NCBI GenBank assembly: GCA_045632305.1
Contig: JAZQWL010000032.1
Coordinates: 39,393 to 103,392 of the forward strand
DNA: 64,000 bases
Reading direction: 5' to 3'
From: Eubacteriales bacterium
Lineage (GTDB): Bacteria; Bacillota; Clostridia; Oscillospirales; CAG-272
The position numbers were made by a program, and so were the translations under genes. Under the pieces are notes generated by a model. It was not told where the DNA came from. It worked only from the letters and a program-made list of their open reading frames with translations, and made no database searches. This document shows positions 8,213 to 16,829 of this stretch, piece after piece. The stretch's first letter is position 1, and the number at the start of each line of letters is the position of its first letter.

Positions 8213-10621
8213 TTATTCTTTTACAGACTCAATGTACTTTTTGATGTTGGAAAGGTTTACCGCCTTTGCAACCTCAACTCCATTTTCAGCCACAACAAGT
8301 GTGGGCGCCTGCTTGATTCCGTATTTCTGAACGAGATCAACGTGCTCATCAGCATATACCTTAACGAAAGGAATACCCGCCTTTTCAAGGAACACGGCAG
8401 CCATCTTACAGTTGGGACATGTCTTTGTAGCAAACAGCATGATCTCTGTTCCTGCAGGTTCACATGCGCATTCGTCTACCTCGGGAACTGAAAGCGCAAT
8501 AGTTCTTACACCGTCAGAGCCGATATTGATCTCGGGATGAAGCTCAGTTGAACGCTCGATATTATACGTGCGTCTGTCCTTAAATTCCTGGCTCTTACCG
8601 TCATTCCACGCCTGAACGGGACGATAATAACCTGTAATACGGCTATAAACCTCGGTCTTTTTGCCACATTTAGGACAACTATACTCTTCACCTGCAATAT
8701 AACCGTGATCCGTACATACGCTGTATGTAGGAGACATTGTGTAGTAAGGAAGCTTGTAATTTTCCGCGATCTTGCGAACAAGGTTAGCAGCTGCCTGCCA
8801 TGAAGGAAGCTTTTCACCGAGGAACGCGTGGAAGACTGTACCCGATGTGTAAAGCGTCTGAAGCTCGTCCTGAATATCAAGAGCCGCGAAAATATCCTCT
8901 GTGAAGCTTACAGGCAAGTGAGAGGAGTTTGTATAATAAGGCGCGTTGGACTTTTCGGAAGCAGTGATAATATCGGGATACTTCTTTAAGTCATGCTTAG
9001 CGAAACGGAAGGATGTGGATTCTGCGGGAGTCGCCTCAAGGTTATAAAGGTCGCCGTACATTTCCTGATAGGCGGAGAGACGGTCTCTCATGTGATTGAG
9101 AACTTCCTTAGCAAATTCCTGTGTTTCCTTGTGTGTAAGGTCTGCGCGGAGCCACTTAGCGTTAAGGCCAACCTCGTTCATACCAACAAGACCGATAGTT
9201 GAGAAGTGGTTGTTGAACGTACCGAGATATCTCTTTGTATAAGGATAAAGACCGCTGTCAAGGAGCTTTGTAATAACCGTTCTCTTTGTCTTAAGCGAAC
9301 GAGCCGCAATGTCCATCAACTTATCAAGACGCTTATAGAAATCTTCGGGAGTTTCTGCAAGATAAGCAATTCTGGGAAGGTTTATAGTTACAACGCCAAC
9401 GGAACCCGTAGATTCACCCGAGCCGAAGAAACCGCCGGACTTCTTACGAAGCTCACGAAGATCAAGACGGAGACGGCAGCACATGGAACGAACGTCGGAG
9501 GGCTCCATATCGGAGTTGATGTAGTTTGAGAAATAAGGAGTACCGTACTTTGCTGTCATTTCAAAGAGAAGCTTGTTGTTCTCTGTTTCAGACCAGTCAA
9601 AGTCACGTGTAATAGAATAAGTAGGAATAGGATACTGGAAGCCACGGCCATTGGCGTCACCCTCGATCATGATCTCGATAAACGCCTTGTTTACCATGTC
9701 CATCTCTGCCTTACAATCCTTGTACTTGAAATCCATTTCCTTGCCGCCAACGATACAGTTGAGCTCAGCGAGGTCATTAGGAACTGTCCAGTCAAGAGTA
9801 ATATTTGTAAAGGGAGACTGTGTTCCCCAACGGGAAGGCGTATTTACACCGTAAATGAAGGACTGGATACACTGCTTCACTTCCTTATATGTAAGGTTAT
9901 CTGCCTTTACGAAGGGAGCGAGATACGTGTCAAATGAGGAGAATGCCTGCGCACCCGCCCATTCGTTCTGCATGATACCGAGGAAGTTAACCATCTGGTT
10001 ACAGAGAGTTGAAAGGTGAGCTGCGGGAGCAGACGTGATCTTACCGGTAACGCCGCCAAGCCCCTCCTGGATAAGCTGCTTTAAAGACCAACCTGCACAG
10101 TAACCTGTGAGCATGGAAAGGTCATGGATATGAATATCGGTATTTCTGTGAGCGTTAGCAACCTCGTCATCATAAACCTCACTTAACCAATAGTTAGCGG
10201 TAACCGCGCCGGAGTTGGAAAGAATAAGACCTCCTACAGAATAGGTTACGGTAGAATTTTCCTTAACTCTCCAGTCAAGCGCCTTGAGATAACCGTCAAC
10301 GATCTGCTTGTAGTCAACAGCGGTCGCATTGTAATTTCTGAGCTTCTCTCTTTGGCGACGGTAAAGAATAAACGCCTTTGCAACGTCTGCGTAACCTGCC
10401 TGAATAAGCACGGATTCAACACTGTCCTGAATATCTTCTACCTCTATAAGATTGTCTTTTATCTTGGGCTCAAAATCAGCTGTTACCTTGAGTGCTAAAA
10501 GATCGATAATACTGTCGTTATATTGCTTGTTCTGTGAATCGAAGGCAAGCTTGATCGCGTTCGAGATCTTACCGATCTCAAAATCAATTACCTTGCCGTT
10601 TCTCTTTTTAACCTTGTACAT
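8213..10621 (-). CDS. nrdD: Anaerobic ribonucleoside-triphosphate reductase NrdD with a fused C-terminal thioredoxin-fold (CPNC) domain
   Basis: N-terminal ATP-cone (KVKKRNGKVIDF), finger-loop-like SMCCRLRL, Zn ribbon CPKCG and glycyl-radical motif SRITGYYRPV. An extra 130 aa or so ends in FATKTCPNCKMAAVFLEKAGIPF...APTLVV. The start was set to the ATG at 10621, preceded by GGAGAATAAA. Confidence 0.9.
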   Translation of the reverse strand: MYKVKKRNGKVIDFEIGKISNAIKLAFDSQNKQYNDSIIDLLALKVTADFEPKIKDNLIEVEDIQDSVESVLIQAGYADVAKAFILYRRQREKLRNYNATAVDYKQIVDGYLKALDWRVKENSTVTYSVGGLILSNSGAVTANYWLSEVYDDEVANAHRNTDIHIHDLSMLTGYCAGWSLKQLIQEGLGGVTGKITSAPAAHLSTLCNQMVNFLGIMQNEWAGAQAFSSFDTYLAPFVKADNLTYKEVKQCIQSFIYGVNTPSRWGTQSPFTNITLDWTVPNDLAELNCIVGGKEMDFKYKDCKAEMDMVNKAFIEIMIEGDANGRGFQYPIPTYSITRDFDWSETENNKLLFEMTAKYGTPYFSNYINSDMEPSDVRSMCCRLRLDLRELRKKSGGFFGSGESTGSVGVVTINLPRIAYLAETPEDFYKRLDKLMDIAARSLKTKRTVITKLLDSGLYPYTKRYLGTFNNHFSTIGLVGMNEVGLNAKWLRADLTHKETQEFAKEVLNHMRDRLSAYQEMYGDLYNLEATPAESTSFRFAKHDLKKYPDIITASEKSNAPYYTNSSHLPVSFTEDIFAALDIQDELQTLYTSGTVFHAFLGEKLPSWQAAANLVRKIAENYKLPYYTMSPTYSVCTDHGYIAGEEYSCPKCGKKTEVYSRITGYYRPVQAWNDGKSQEFKDRRTYNIERSTELHPEINIGSDGVRTIALSVPEVDECACEPAGTEIMLFATKTCPNCKMAAVFLEKAGIPFVKVYADEHVDLVQKYGIKQAPTLVVAENGVEVAKAVNLSNIKKYIESVKE

Positions 10622-10731
10622 TTTATTCTCCTTATTTTGTTTTTTTATAACATTTTTTCTCATAAGACAAATATAAGCATACGACATTTAAAAAATGCAG
10701 TATACTCATCCACCGCAAGTGCGGTAGAATA

Positions 10732-10760
10732 AGTATACTACATTTAGTATTTTTTGTCAA
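10732..10760 (-). promoter_or_regulatory. Sigma-A type promoter for nrdD
   Basis: Minus strand reads TTGACA (10755-10760), a 17-nt spacer, then TATACT (10732-10737). Confidence 0.55.
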
Positions 10761-10767
10761 GAACATT

Positions 10768-10815
10768 ATACAAGATATTGTGCCGAAATTTTAAAATCGG
10801 CACAATATATAGTTT
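10768..10815 (-). promoter_or_regulatory. Two tandem NrdR boxes
   Basis: ATACAAGATATTGTGC (10768-10783) and GCACAATATATAGTTT (10800-10815) each match the 16-bp NrdR palindrome acaCwAtATaTwGtgt with 3 or fewer mismatches. They are spaced 32 bp centre to centre. Confidence 0.6.
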
Positions 10816-11509
10816 AAATTCCTCTTATTTGTGCATTTTCGACATATTGCTTCAAAACGTTACAAAATGAGACCATTTTTTCCTTCGTAACGACGTATAC
10901 GCCATCGCCCACGAGATTTCCCGAATCAACGAACGCCTGCAAATAAAATTTTTCCTCACCCGCAAGCCACTGACCGATCCGTTCAAAATCCTCCTCTGTA
11001 TGATAGGGAGAAACCACTGTCGTCCTGAACTCAAAATCGACCGCATTTTGCATAAGCATCTCTGCTGACCGCTTAACGGCTCCAAGATCAAAGGAATCAT
11101 CAACGCCTGCGGTCTCAGGATACTTCTCAAGGCAATTTTTGATATCCATTGCGACGTAATCTATCATTTTATTATTAATGAGATACTCAAGCATTTCGGG
11201 ATTCGTACCGTTGGTGTCCAATTTTACTTTGTAGCCGAGCGCCTTTATTTTGGAAATAAATTCGGGCAGATCCGTCATGAGCGTCGGCTCTCCGCCCGTA
11301 ATCACTACCCCGTCAAGAATACCAACACGCTTATTTAAAAATGAAAGGATCTCATCTTCATCAATAAAACAGTTCTTCTCTACCTTGTTTACAAGAGGCG
11401 CATTATGACAAAACGGACAGCGGAAATTACACCCGACAGTAAATATTGTAGCGGCAACCTTGCTGGGATAATCAAGCAAGGTGAGCTTTTGAATTCCACC
11501 AATCAACAT
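10814..11509 (-). CDS. nrdG: Anaerobic RNR activating enzyme (radical SAM)
   Basis: CNFRCPFCHN cluster motif, GGEPTL, 231 aa, located directly upstream of nrdD. Confidence 0.85.
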   Translation of the reverse strand: MLIGGIQKLTLLDYPSKVAATIFTVGCNFRCPFCHNAPLVNKVEKNCFIDEDEILSFLNKRVGILDGVVITGGEPTLMTDLPEFISKIKALGYKVKLDTNGTNPEMLEYLINNKMIDYVAMDIKNCLEKYPETAGVDDSFDLGAVKRSAEMLMQNAVDFEFRTTVVSPYHTEEDFERIGQWLAGEEKFYLQAFVDSGNLVGDGVYVVTKEKMVSFCNVLKQYVENAQIRGI

Positions 11510-11523
11510 ATATTGACTCTCTC

Positions 11524-12117
11524 TTAAACGTAATTTCTCTGAATCGCAACGACTTTACCGATAATCATAACCTCATCGCTGATGATCGGCTTCATTGTAT
11601 TATTCTCGGGCTGAAGTCTGTAATGACCGTTTTCTCTGTAAAATCTCTTCACTGTCGCTTCATCGTCGATCATAGCCACAACAATTTCACCGTTTTCTGC
11701 ATAACAGGTCTGCTCTGCGATTATAATATCACCGTCGAGTATTCCCGCTAAGATCATACTGTCACCGCGAACGCGGAGCGCAAAAAGATTATCGCTGCCG
11801 TTTCCGATATAACCAACGTAGCCCTCAAAATTTTCTGCTGCAAGAATGGGTGTTCCCGCAGTAACCACGCCAAGAAGAGGAATTGCGGAAACGTTTGGCT
11901 TGTCGTCGCCGTTGAGCTTTACCGCGCGGCTCTTTCCGTCCTCCTTGGAAATATAACCAAACATATCAAGTCGGTTCAAGTACATGTGAACAGTTGACGT
12001 ACTCTTATATCCGAGATCTCGGCATATATCACGAACGCTGGGAGCATATCCGTTTTCCTTTACGGACTTGACAATATAATCGTATACCTTTTGCTCCTTC
12101 GGCTTTAGCTTTTCCAT
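11524..12117 (-). CDS. lexA: LexA repressor
   Basis: Winged-HTH N-terminus (YAPSVRDICRDLGYKSTSTVHMYLNRL), an Ala-Gly cleavage site (VTAG), and catalytic Ser (GDSM) and Lys (VKR). The start was moved to MEKLK at 12117. Confidence 0.9.
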   Translation of the reverse strand: MEKLKPKEQKVYDYIVKSVKENGYAPSVRDICRDLGYKSTSTVHMYLNRLDMFGYISKEDGKSRAVKLNGDDKPNVSAIPLLGVVTAGTPILAAENFEGYVGYIGNGSDNLFALRVRGDSMILAGILDGDIIIAEQTCYAENGEIVVAMIDDEATVKRFYRENGHYRLQPENNTMKPIISDEVMIIGKVVAIQRNYV

Positions 12118-12380
12118 ATATCCTCCAAAACTAATCAAATTAATATTCAAGGTCTATATTTTATCATATATTTGTAACGCAAATTGTGATAATTTTCGAC
12201 TAAACTGTAAAATTATGATACATTTGTTTGTCATTGTCGACACTTTTTGTAAAAAATTTTAAACATTATCAAATTACCTATTGCAAAAATCTCAAAATTA
12301 TTGTAAAATATATAATGGGTAAATAAGGAAATATTTACCGTGAAAAGTATTAAATAATAAAAATATAAAGGAGTAACAGT

Positions 12381-14174
12381 ATGACACCCACAAACAACAA
12401 ATTTGTTCTTGACTGGATTTCCGACATGGCTGAAATGACACAGCCCGACTCGATCGTTTGGATCGACGGTAGCGAAGAACAGGCGGAAGCTCTCCGCGCT
12501 GAAGCATGCTCCACTGGTGAGATCATCAAGCTCAACCAGGAAAAGCTCCCCGGATGCTATCTCCACAGAACTGCTGTTAACGACGTAGCGCGCGTTGAAG
12601 GCAGAACATTTATCTGTACTTCCAAGAAGGAAGATGCAGGTAACATCAATAACTGGATGGATCCCGCAGAATGCAAGGCAAAGCTCACAAAACTTTACAA
12701 CGGCTCTATGAAGGGTCGTACAATGTACGTTATCCCCTACTCCATGAGTGTTGTAGGTTCTCCCTTTGCAAAGTACGGTATCGAACTTACGGACTCCATT
12801 TACGTTGTTCTCAACATGCTCATCATGACACGCGTTGGTAATGACGTTCTCGAAGCTCTCGGCGACTCCCCCGACTACATCAAGGGACTTCACGCAAGAG
12901 CTGATATCGACGAAGAAAACAGATACATCGTTCACTTCCCTGAAGAAAACACGATTTGGTCCGTTAACTCCGGTTACGGCGGAAACGTTCTTCTCGGTAA
13001 GAAGTGCTTCGCGCTCAGAATTGCGTCCTTCCTCGGACGTAAGGAAGGTTGGATGGCTGAACACATGCTCATTCTCGGTGTTGAATACCCCGACGGTGAA
13101 ACAAAGTACGTTTGCGCAGCATTCCCCTCCGCTTGCGGTAAGACAAACCTTGCTATGCTTATCCCCCCCGAGTTCTATGCAAAGAAGGGATATAAGGTAT
13201 TTTGCGTAGGCGACGATATCGCTTGGCTCAGAGTCGGTGAAGACGGACGTCTTTGGGCAGTTAACCCCGAAAACGGCTTCTTCGGCGTAGCGCCCGGTAC
13301 AAACGAAAAGTCCAACCCCAATGCCCTTCACACATGTATGAAGGACACAATCTTCACAAACGTTGTTCATAACACCGCCGACAATACAGTTTGGTGGGAA
13401 GGCCTTGACAACAATCCTCCCACACCCGGCAACGCAATCGACTGGAAGGGCAATCCTTGGGACTGCACAAAATTCGACAAGAAGGATAAGTCCACATGCG
13501 GCGCACATCCCAACTCCAGATTTACTGCAAAGGCGATCAACTGTCCTTGCATTTCCTCTGAGTTCCAGAATCCCGCAGGCGTCCCTATCTCTGCTATCAT
13601 CTTCGGTGGTAGAAGAGCTAAGACCGCTCCCCTCGTATACCAGTCCACATCCTGGCAGAACGGCGCGTTCATCGGCTCCATCATGGCTTCCGAAACAACA
13701 GCCGCAGCTGCAGGCGCAGTTGGCGTAGTTCGCCGTGACCCCATGGCTATGCGTCCCTTCGTTGGTTATGACATGGGTGACTACTGGGCACACTGGCTCA
13801 GCATGGGCACACGTATTCCCAATCCTCCCAAGATCTTCCACGTTAACTGGTTCAGAACTGATGCTGAAGGTCACTTCATCTGGCCCGGCTTCGGTGACAA
13901 CATGAGAGTTCTTATGTGGATCCTCGACAGATGCGAAGGCAAGGTTGATGCTAACATTACTCCTATCGGTTATATCCCCAACGCTGAGGACATCTGCATC
14001 GAAGGACTTGAAGGCATCACACTTGACACGATCCGTGATCTTCTCTCTGTTGACAAGGCATCTTGGCTTGAAGACGTTGCTAACATCAAGGACTTCTACG
14101 CTCAGGTTGGCGCAAGAGTTCCCGCAACAATGTACGACGAGCTTGCTGCTCTCGAAGCACGCCTCAAGGCATAA
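12381..14174 (+). CDS. pck: Phosphoenolpyruvate carboxykinase (GTP-type)
   Basis: 597 aa with the kinase-1a-like FPSACGKTN motif and the conserved blocks of GTP-dependent PEPCK. A strong AAGGAG SD precedes the start. Confidence 0.9.
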   Translation: MTPTNNKFVLDWISDMAEMTQPDSIVWIDGSEEQAEALRAEACSTGEIIKLNQEKLPGCYLHRTAVNDVARVEGRTFICTSKKEDAGNINNWMDPAECKAKLTKLYNGSMKGRTMYVIPYSMSVVGSPFAKYGIELTDSIYVVLNMLIMTRVGNDVLEALGDSPDYIKGLHARADIDEENRYIVHFPEENTIWSVNSGYGGNVLLGKKCFALRIASFLGRKEGWMAEHMLILGVEYPDGETKYVCAAFPSACGKTNLAMLIPPEFYAKKGYKVFCVGDDIAWLRVGEDGRLWAVNPENGFFGVAPGTNEKSNPNALHTCMKDTIFTNVVHNTADNTVWWEGLDNNPPTPGNAIDWKGNPWDCTKFDKKDKSTCGAHPNSRFTAKAINCPCISSEFQNPAGVPISAIIFGGRRAKTAPLVYQSTSWQNGAFIGSIMASETTAAAAGAVGVVRRDPMAMRPFVGYDMGDYWAHWLSMGTRIPNPPKIFHVNWFRTDAEGHFIWPGFGDNMRVLMWILDRCEGKVDANITPIGYIPNAEDICIEGLEGITLDTIRDLLSVDKASWLEDVANIKDFYAQVGARVPATMYDELAALEARLKA

Positions 14175-14186
14175 TTTAACAAAAAT

Positions 14187-14216
14187 AACCGCTCGGCAAA
14201 TGCCGGGCGGCTTTTT
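14187..14216. terminator. Intrinsic terminator shared by the convergent pck and tadA genes
   Basis: Stem CCGCTCGGCA/TGCCGGGCGG (one mismatch) followed by a T-run. Confidence 0.6.
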
Positions 14217-14693
14217 TTATTTGTTTTTCTTTTCTTCTCTTTTTTTAGCGAAAAATTCAGAAAGCAACGCGCGTCCTTCTTCCTCCATAACACCGCTAAC
14301 TATTTCGGGCTTATGGTTTAACGGATAATCATTAAAGTTAAACACACTTCCGCACGCGCCTGCCTTTGCATCCTTTGCGCCGAAGACCACGCGCTTGATT
14401 CGTGAATTCACAATCGCGCCCATACACATAGGACAGGGCTCAAGAGTAACGTAAAGCTCACAAGAATCGAGATGCCAGCCGCCCAATCTTTCACACGCGC
14501 TACGGATTGCCTGGATCTCGGCATGAGCCGTTGAATCACCGTGCGCCTCCCTTTCGTTGTGTCCTGTAGCAATTATCTCACCATTCTTGACAATAACCGC
14601 GCCTATTGGAACGTCTTGACTTTGCGCGGTTTTTGCCGCCTCGGAAAGTGCCGCAATCATATATTCTTCATATCTGCAATCCATTTGAACCAC
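14217..14693 (-). CDS. tadA: tRNA adenosine(34) deaminase
   Basis: CDA-fold zinc motifs HAEIQAI and PCPMCMGA. Confidence 0.9.
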   Translation of the reverse strand: MVQMDCRYEEYMIAALSEAAKTAQSQDVPIGAVIVKNGEIIATGHNEREAHGDSTAHAEIQAIRSACERLGGWHLDSCELYVTLEPCPMCMGAIVNSRIKRVVFGAKDAKAGACGSVFNFNDYPLNHKPEIVSGVMEEEGRALLSEFFAKKREEKKNK

Positions 14694-15741
14694 CCATTCT
14701 AATAAATATCGCCGTTCCTATAAGCAATATCATATTCCCAATTGAAAGCACCGCAAATATCACGTTGTACGGAGCTAAAAATCCCTTTACCGCATATTTT
14801 GGAGAAAGCTTATACGTCGACTCTTCACTGTTTTCGGTATATATCTTATCTACTCCGAAAAGCCCCTTTTCAATGGTGCTCGGAAGCATTTCACGTCTGA
14901 GATCATTTTCTCTCTTGCTTCTCAAACGCTTTTGGAAATGCAAAACGATCAACACAGCGCTGATAATAAGCCCTATCACCATGATTCCAAGGTAAATTCT
15001 TACATAAAGAAGCTCTGCCATGGGAGGTTCGCAAACGTATACGATCGCGTTCATCATCGTGCTTACAAGGTTATTGATAAAATGAAGAATTATGCCGCCC
15101 CATATGGATTTCGTTTCAATAACCATCAGCCCAAAGATTATACCGAAAGCCAACGTATTAATTATCTGAACAGGATTCTGATGCATAAGTGAAAACAACA
15201 CCGCGCTACCAAGTACTGCGGTCTTTTTACCGTAAGGCAAAAGCGCCGACAGTATCAATCCTCTGAAAAGAAATTCCTCACAGATTGCGGGCACAATAGC
15301 TATTCCTATCACGTCGAGAATAAAATTATGCGCATAATATGTTTCGGGTAAGGGTTGCGCTATTACATCACTGAAATTAATCGGCAAAAGTATAAGATTA
15401 TTTATCGCAGCCAAAAGAAAATTAATTCCAAGCGCCGCGGGGATAATAAGCCAAAGCTTTTTGGAAAGATGAAATTCTAGATGCATATCGGGAAATGAAT
15501 GCTTTCTTGAAATCAGCTTGAAGAAAAGCACGGGAAACGTAAACGAAAAGAAATACACCGCATAGCTTGCAAGTGAAAACAAAAGCTTTACGAGATCCGA
15601 CGGGTATGCGGAATACACCTTATCCTCAGCAAACATAATTCCAAAGGAAAGAATATTAAATAATACATAAAACACAAGCAGTGCCGCGCCTATACGGTTA
15701 CATAACGATCTGTACTGCTTATCCGTATCAGTCAGAAACAT
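14668..15741 (-). CDS. CPBP-family intramembrane glutamic endopeptidase (CAAX-protease-like)
   Basis: Polytopic membrane protein with the motifs EEFLFRG, FSLMHQ and HFINN. Confidence 0.8.
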   Translation of the reverse strand: MFLTDTDKQYRSLCNRIGAALLVFYVLFNILSFGIMFAEDKVYSAYPSDLVKLLFSLASYAVYFFSFTFPVLFFKLISRKHSFPDMHLEFHLSKKLWLIIPAALGINFLLAAINNLILLPINFSDVIAQPLPETYYAHNFILDVIGIAIVPAICEEFLFRGLILSALLPYGKKTAVLGSAVLFSLMHQNPVQIINTLAFGIIFGLMVIETKSIWGGIILHFINNLVSTMMNAIVYVCEPPMAELLYVRIYLGIMVIGLIISAVLIVLHFQKRLRSKRENDLRREMLPSTIEKGLFGVDKIYTENSEESTYKLSPKYAVKGFLAPYNVIFAVLSIGNMILLIGTAIFIRMGGSNGLQI

Positions 15742-15756
15742 AATTTTCCTCCAAAA

Positions 15757-16266
15757 TCAGTTAACTCGCTTTAAAATATACTCGATAGCACGCGGATGCA
15801 AAGCATCCTTCAGCGCGTCAAAATTTTCCCCACTTTCAATCACTTCTCTGACCATACTCGAGCTTATCGAATCAAATTCGGGATCTGCAGGAAGAAAAAA
15901 CACTTCGATTTTATCATTGTGCGCCATATTCCATCGAGCGTGAATAAGCTCGTATTCAAAATCACGGGAATTTCTTACACCGCGCACCACCGCGTGAGCA
16001 TCGAGCTTATCGCAAGCATCGATGAGCATTCCGTCAAAATATACCGCCTCTGCGTTTTCAATATGAGAAATAGAAAGCTTCACCACGTCAAGTCTTTCAT
16101 CTGGAGAAAGAAAATACGTCTTTGACTTTAACGTATCGTCATATTTTGACGAATCGTTGTTCATAACTACTACGAACACCTTATCAAACATTTTGCTCGC
16201 GCGCTCAATTATATTGACGTGTCCGAGAGTTATAGGGTCAAAGCTGCCCGGAACAAAAGCGTTCAT
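15757..16266 (-). CDS. coaD: Pantetheine-phosphate adenylyltransferase
   Basis: PGSFDPITLGHVNIIERA nucleotidyltransferase motif; 169 aa. Confidence 0.9.
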   Translation of the reverse strand: MNAFVPGSFDPITLGHVNIIERASKMFDKVFVVVMNNDSSKYDDTLKSKTYFLSPDERLDVVKLSISHIENAEAVYFDGMLIDACDKLDAHAVVRGVRNSRDFEYELIHARWNMAHNDKIEVFFLPADPEFDSISSSMVREVIESGENFDALKDALHPRAIEYILKRVN

Positions 16267-16267
16267 G

Positions 16268-16828
16268 TCATTCTCCCTTCAATTTCAAAAGTGTTATATG
16301 CGCCACGCCGTATTTAGCGCGTTTAATTACCTCGAACTGCTCCGACAAAGCCGGCGCGTTTTCAAAAACATTTTCCTCCGCGCTTTCGCACACAATAATC
16401 GAGGTCGGCTTCAGCAAATTCTTTTTCAACATTAATTCAAGCGCAGACGAGACCGCGCGAAGCGCGTAAGGCGGATCAATAAAAACAATGTCATACTGAG
16501 AGCGTGCGCGGGAGAGAAAAACCGAAACGTCGGAATTTACCACCGTTGCACCGTCAAGTAATTTTGTTTTTGAAATGTTTTTATTTATGATCTGAACGGC
16601 TTCCCTTGAATTGTCTACAAAGGTAGCGCTCTTGGCATATCTCGACAATGCCTCAAGTCCCATCTGTCCCGAGCCCGCATAAAGATCAAGCACGTCTCTG
16701 CCCTCTATATCGAAGCTGAGCATTGAAAAAACCGCTTCCTTGGCTCTTTCGCTTGTGGGTCTGGTATTTTCCCCCTCGAGAGTCAAAAGCTTCACACCGC
16801 GGGATTTTCCAGTGATTATTCGCATCAT
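16268..16828 (-). CDS. rsmD: 16S rRNA (guanine966-N2)-methyltransferase
   Basis: RIITGKSRG...RPTSERAKEAVFSML...DLYAGSG...FIDPPY motifs. The start is placed at the MMR codons. Confidence 0.85.
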   Translation of the reverse strand: MMRIITGKSRGVKLLTLEGENTRPTSERAKEAVFSMLSFDIEGRDVLDLYAGSGQMGLEALSRYAKSATFVDNSREAVQIINKNISKTKLLDGATVVNSDVSVFLSRARSQYDIVFIDPPYALRAVSSALELMLKKNLLKPTSIIVCESAEENVFENAPALSEQFEVIKRAKYGVAHITLLKLKGE

Positions 16829-16829
16829 A

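Noticed and set aside
12217-12230. Possible LexA/SOS box (GATACATTTGTTTG) upstream of lexA
   Set aside because: The left half-site deviates at two positions from the Firmicute GAAC-N4-GTTC/T consensus. That is too weak to call without a genome-wide motif model.
12231-13874. 547-aa ORF on the minus strand, antisense to the PEP carboxykinase gene
   Set aside because: The product is low-complexity and rich in Cys, Val and Gly, and no SD precedes the start. The plus-strand frame encodes a full-length, motif-rich PEPCK. This looks like a stop-free shadow frame caused by codon bias.
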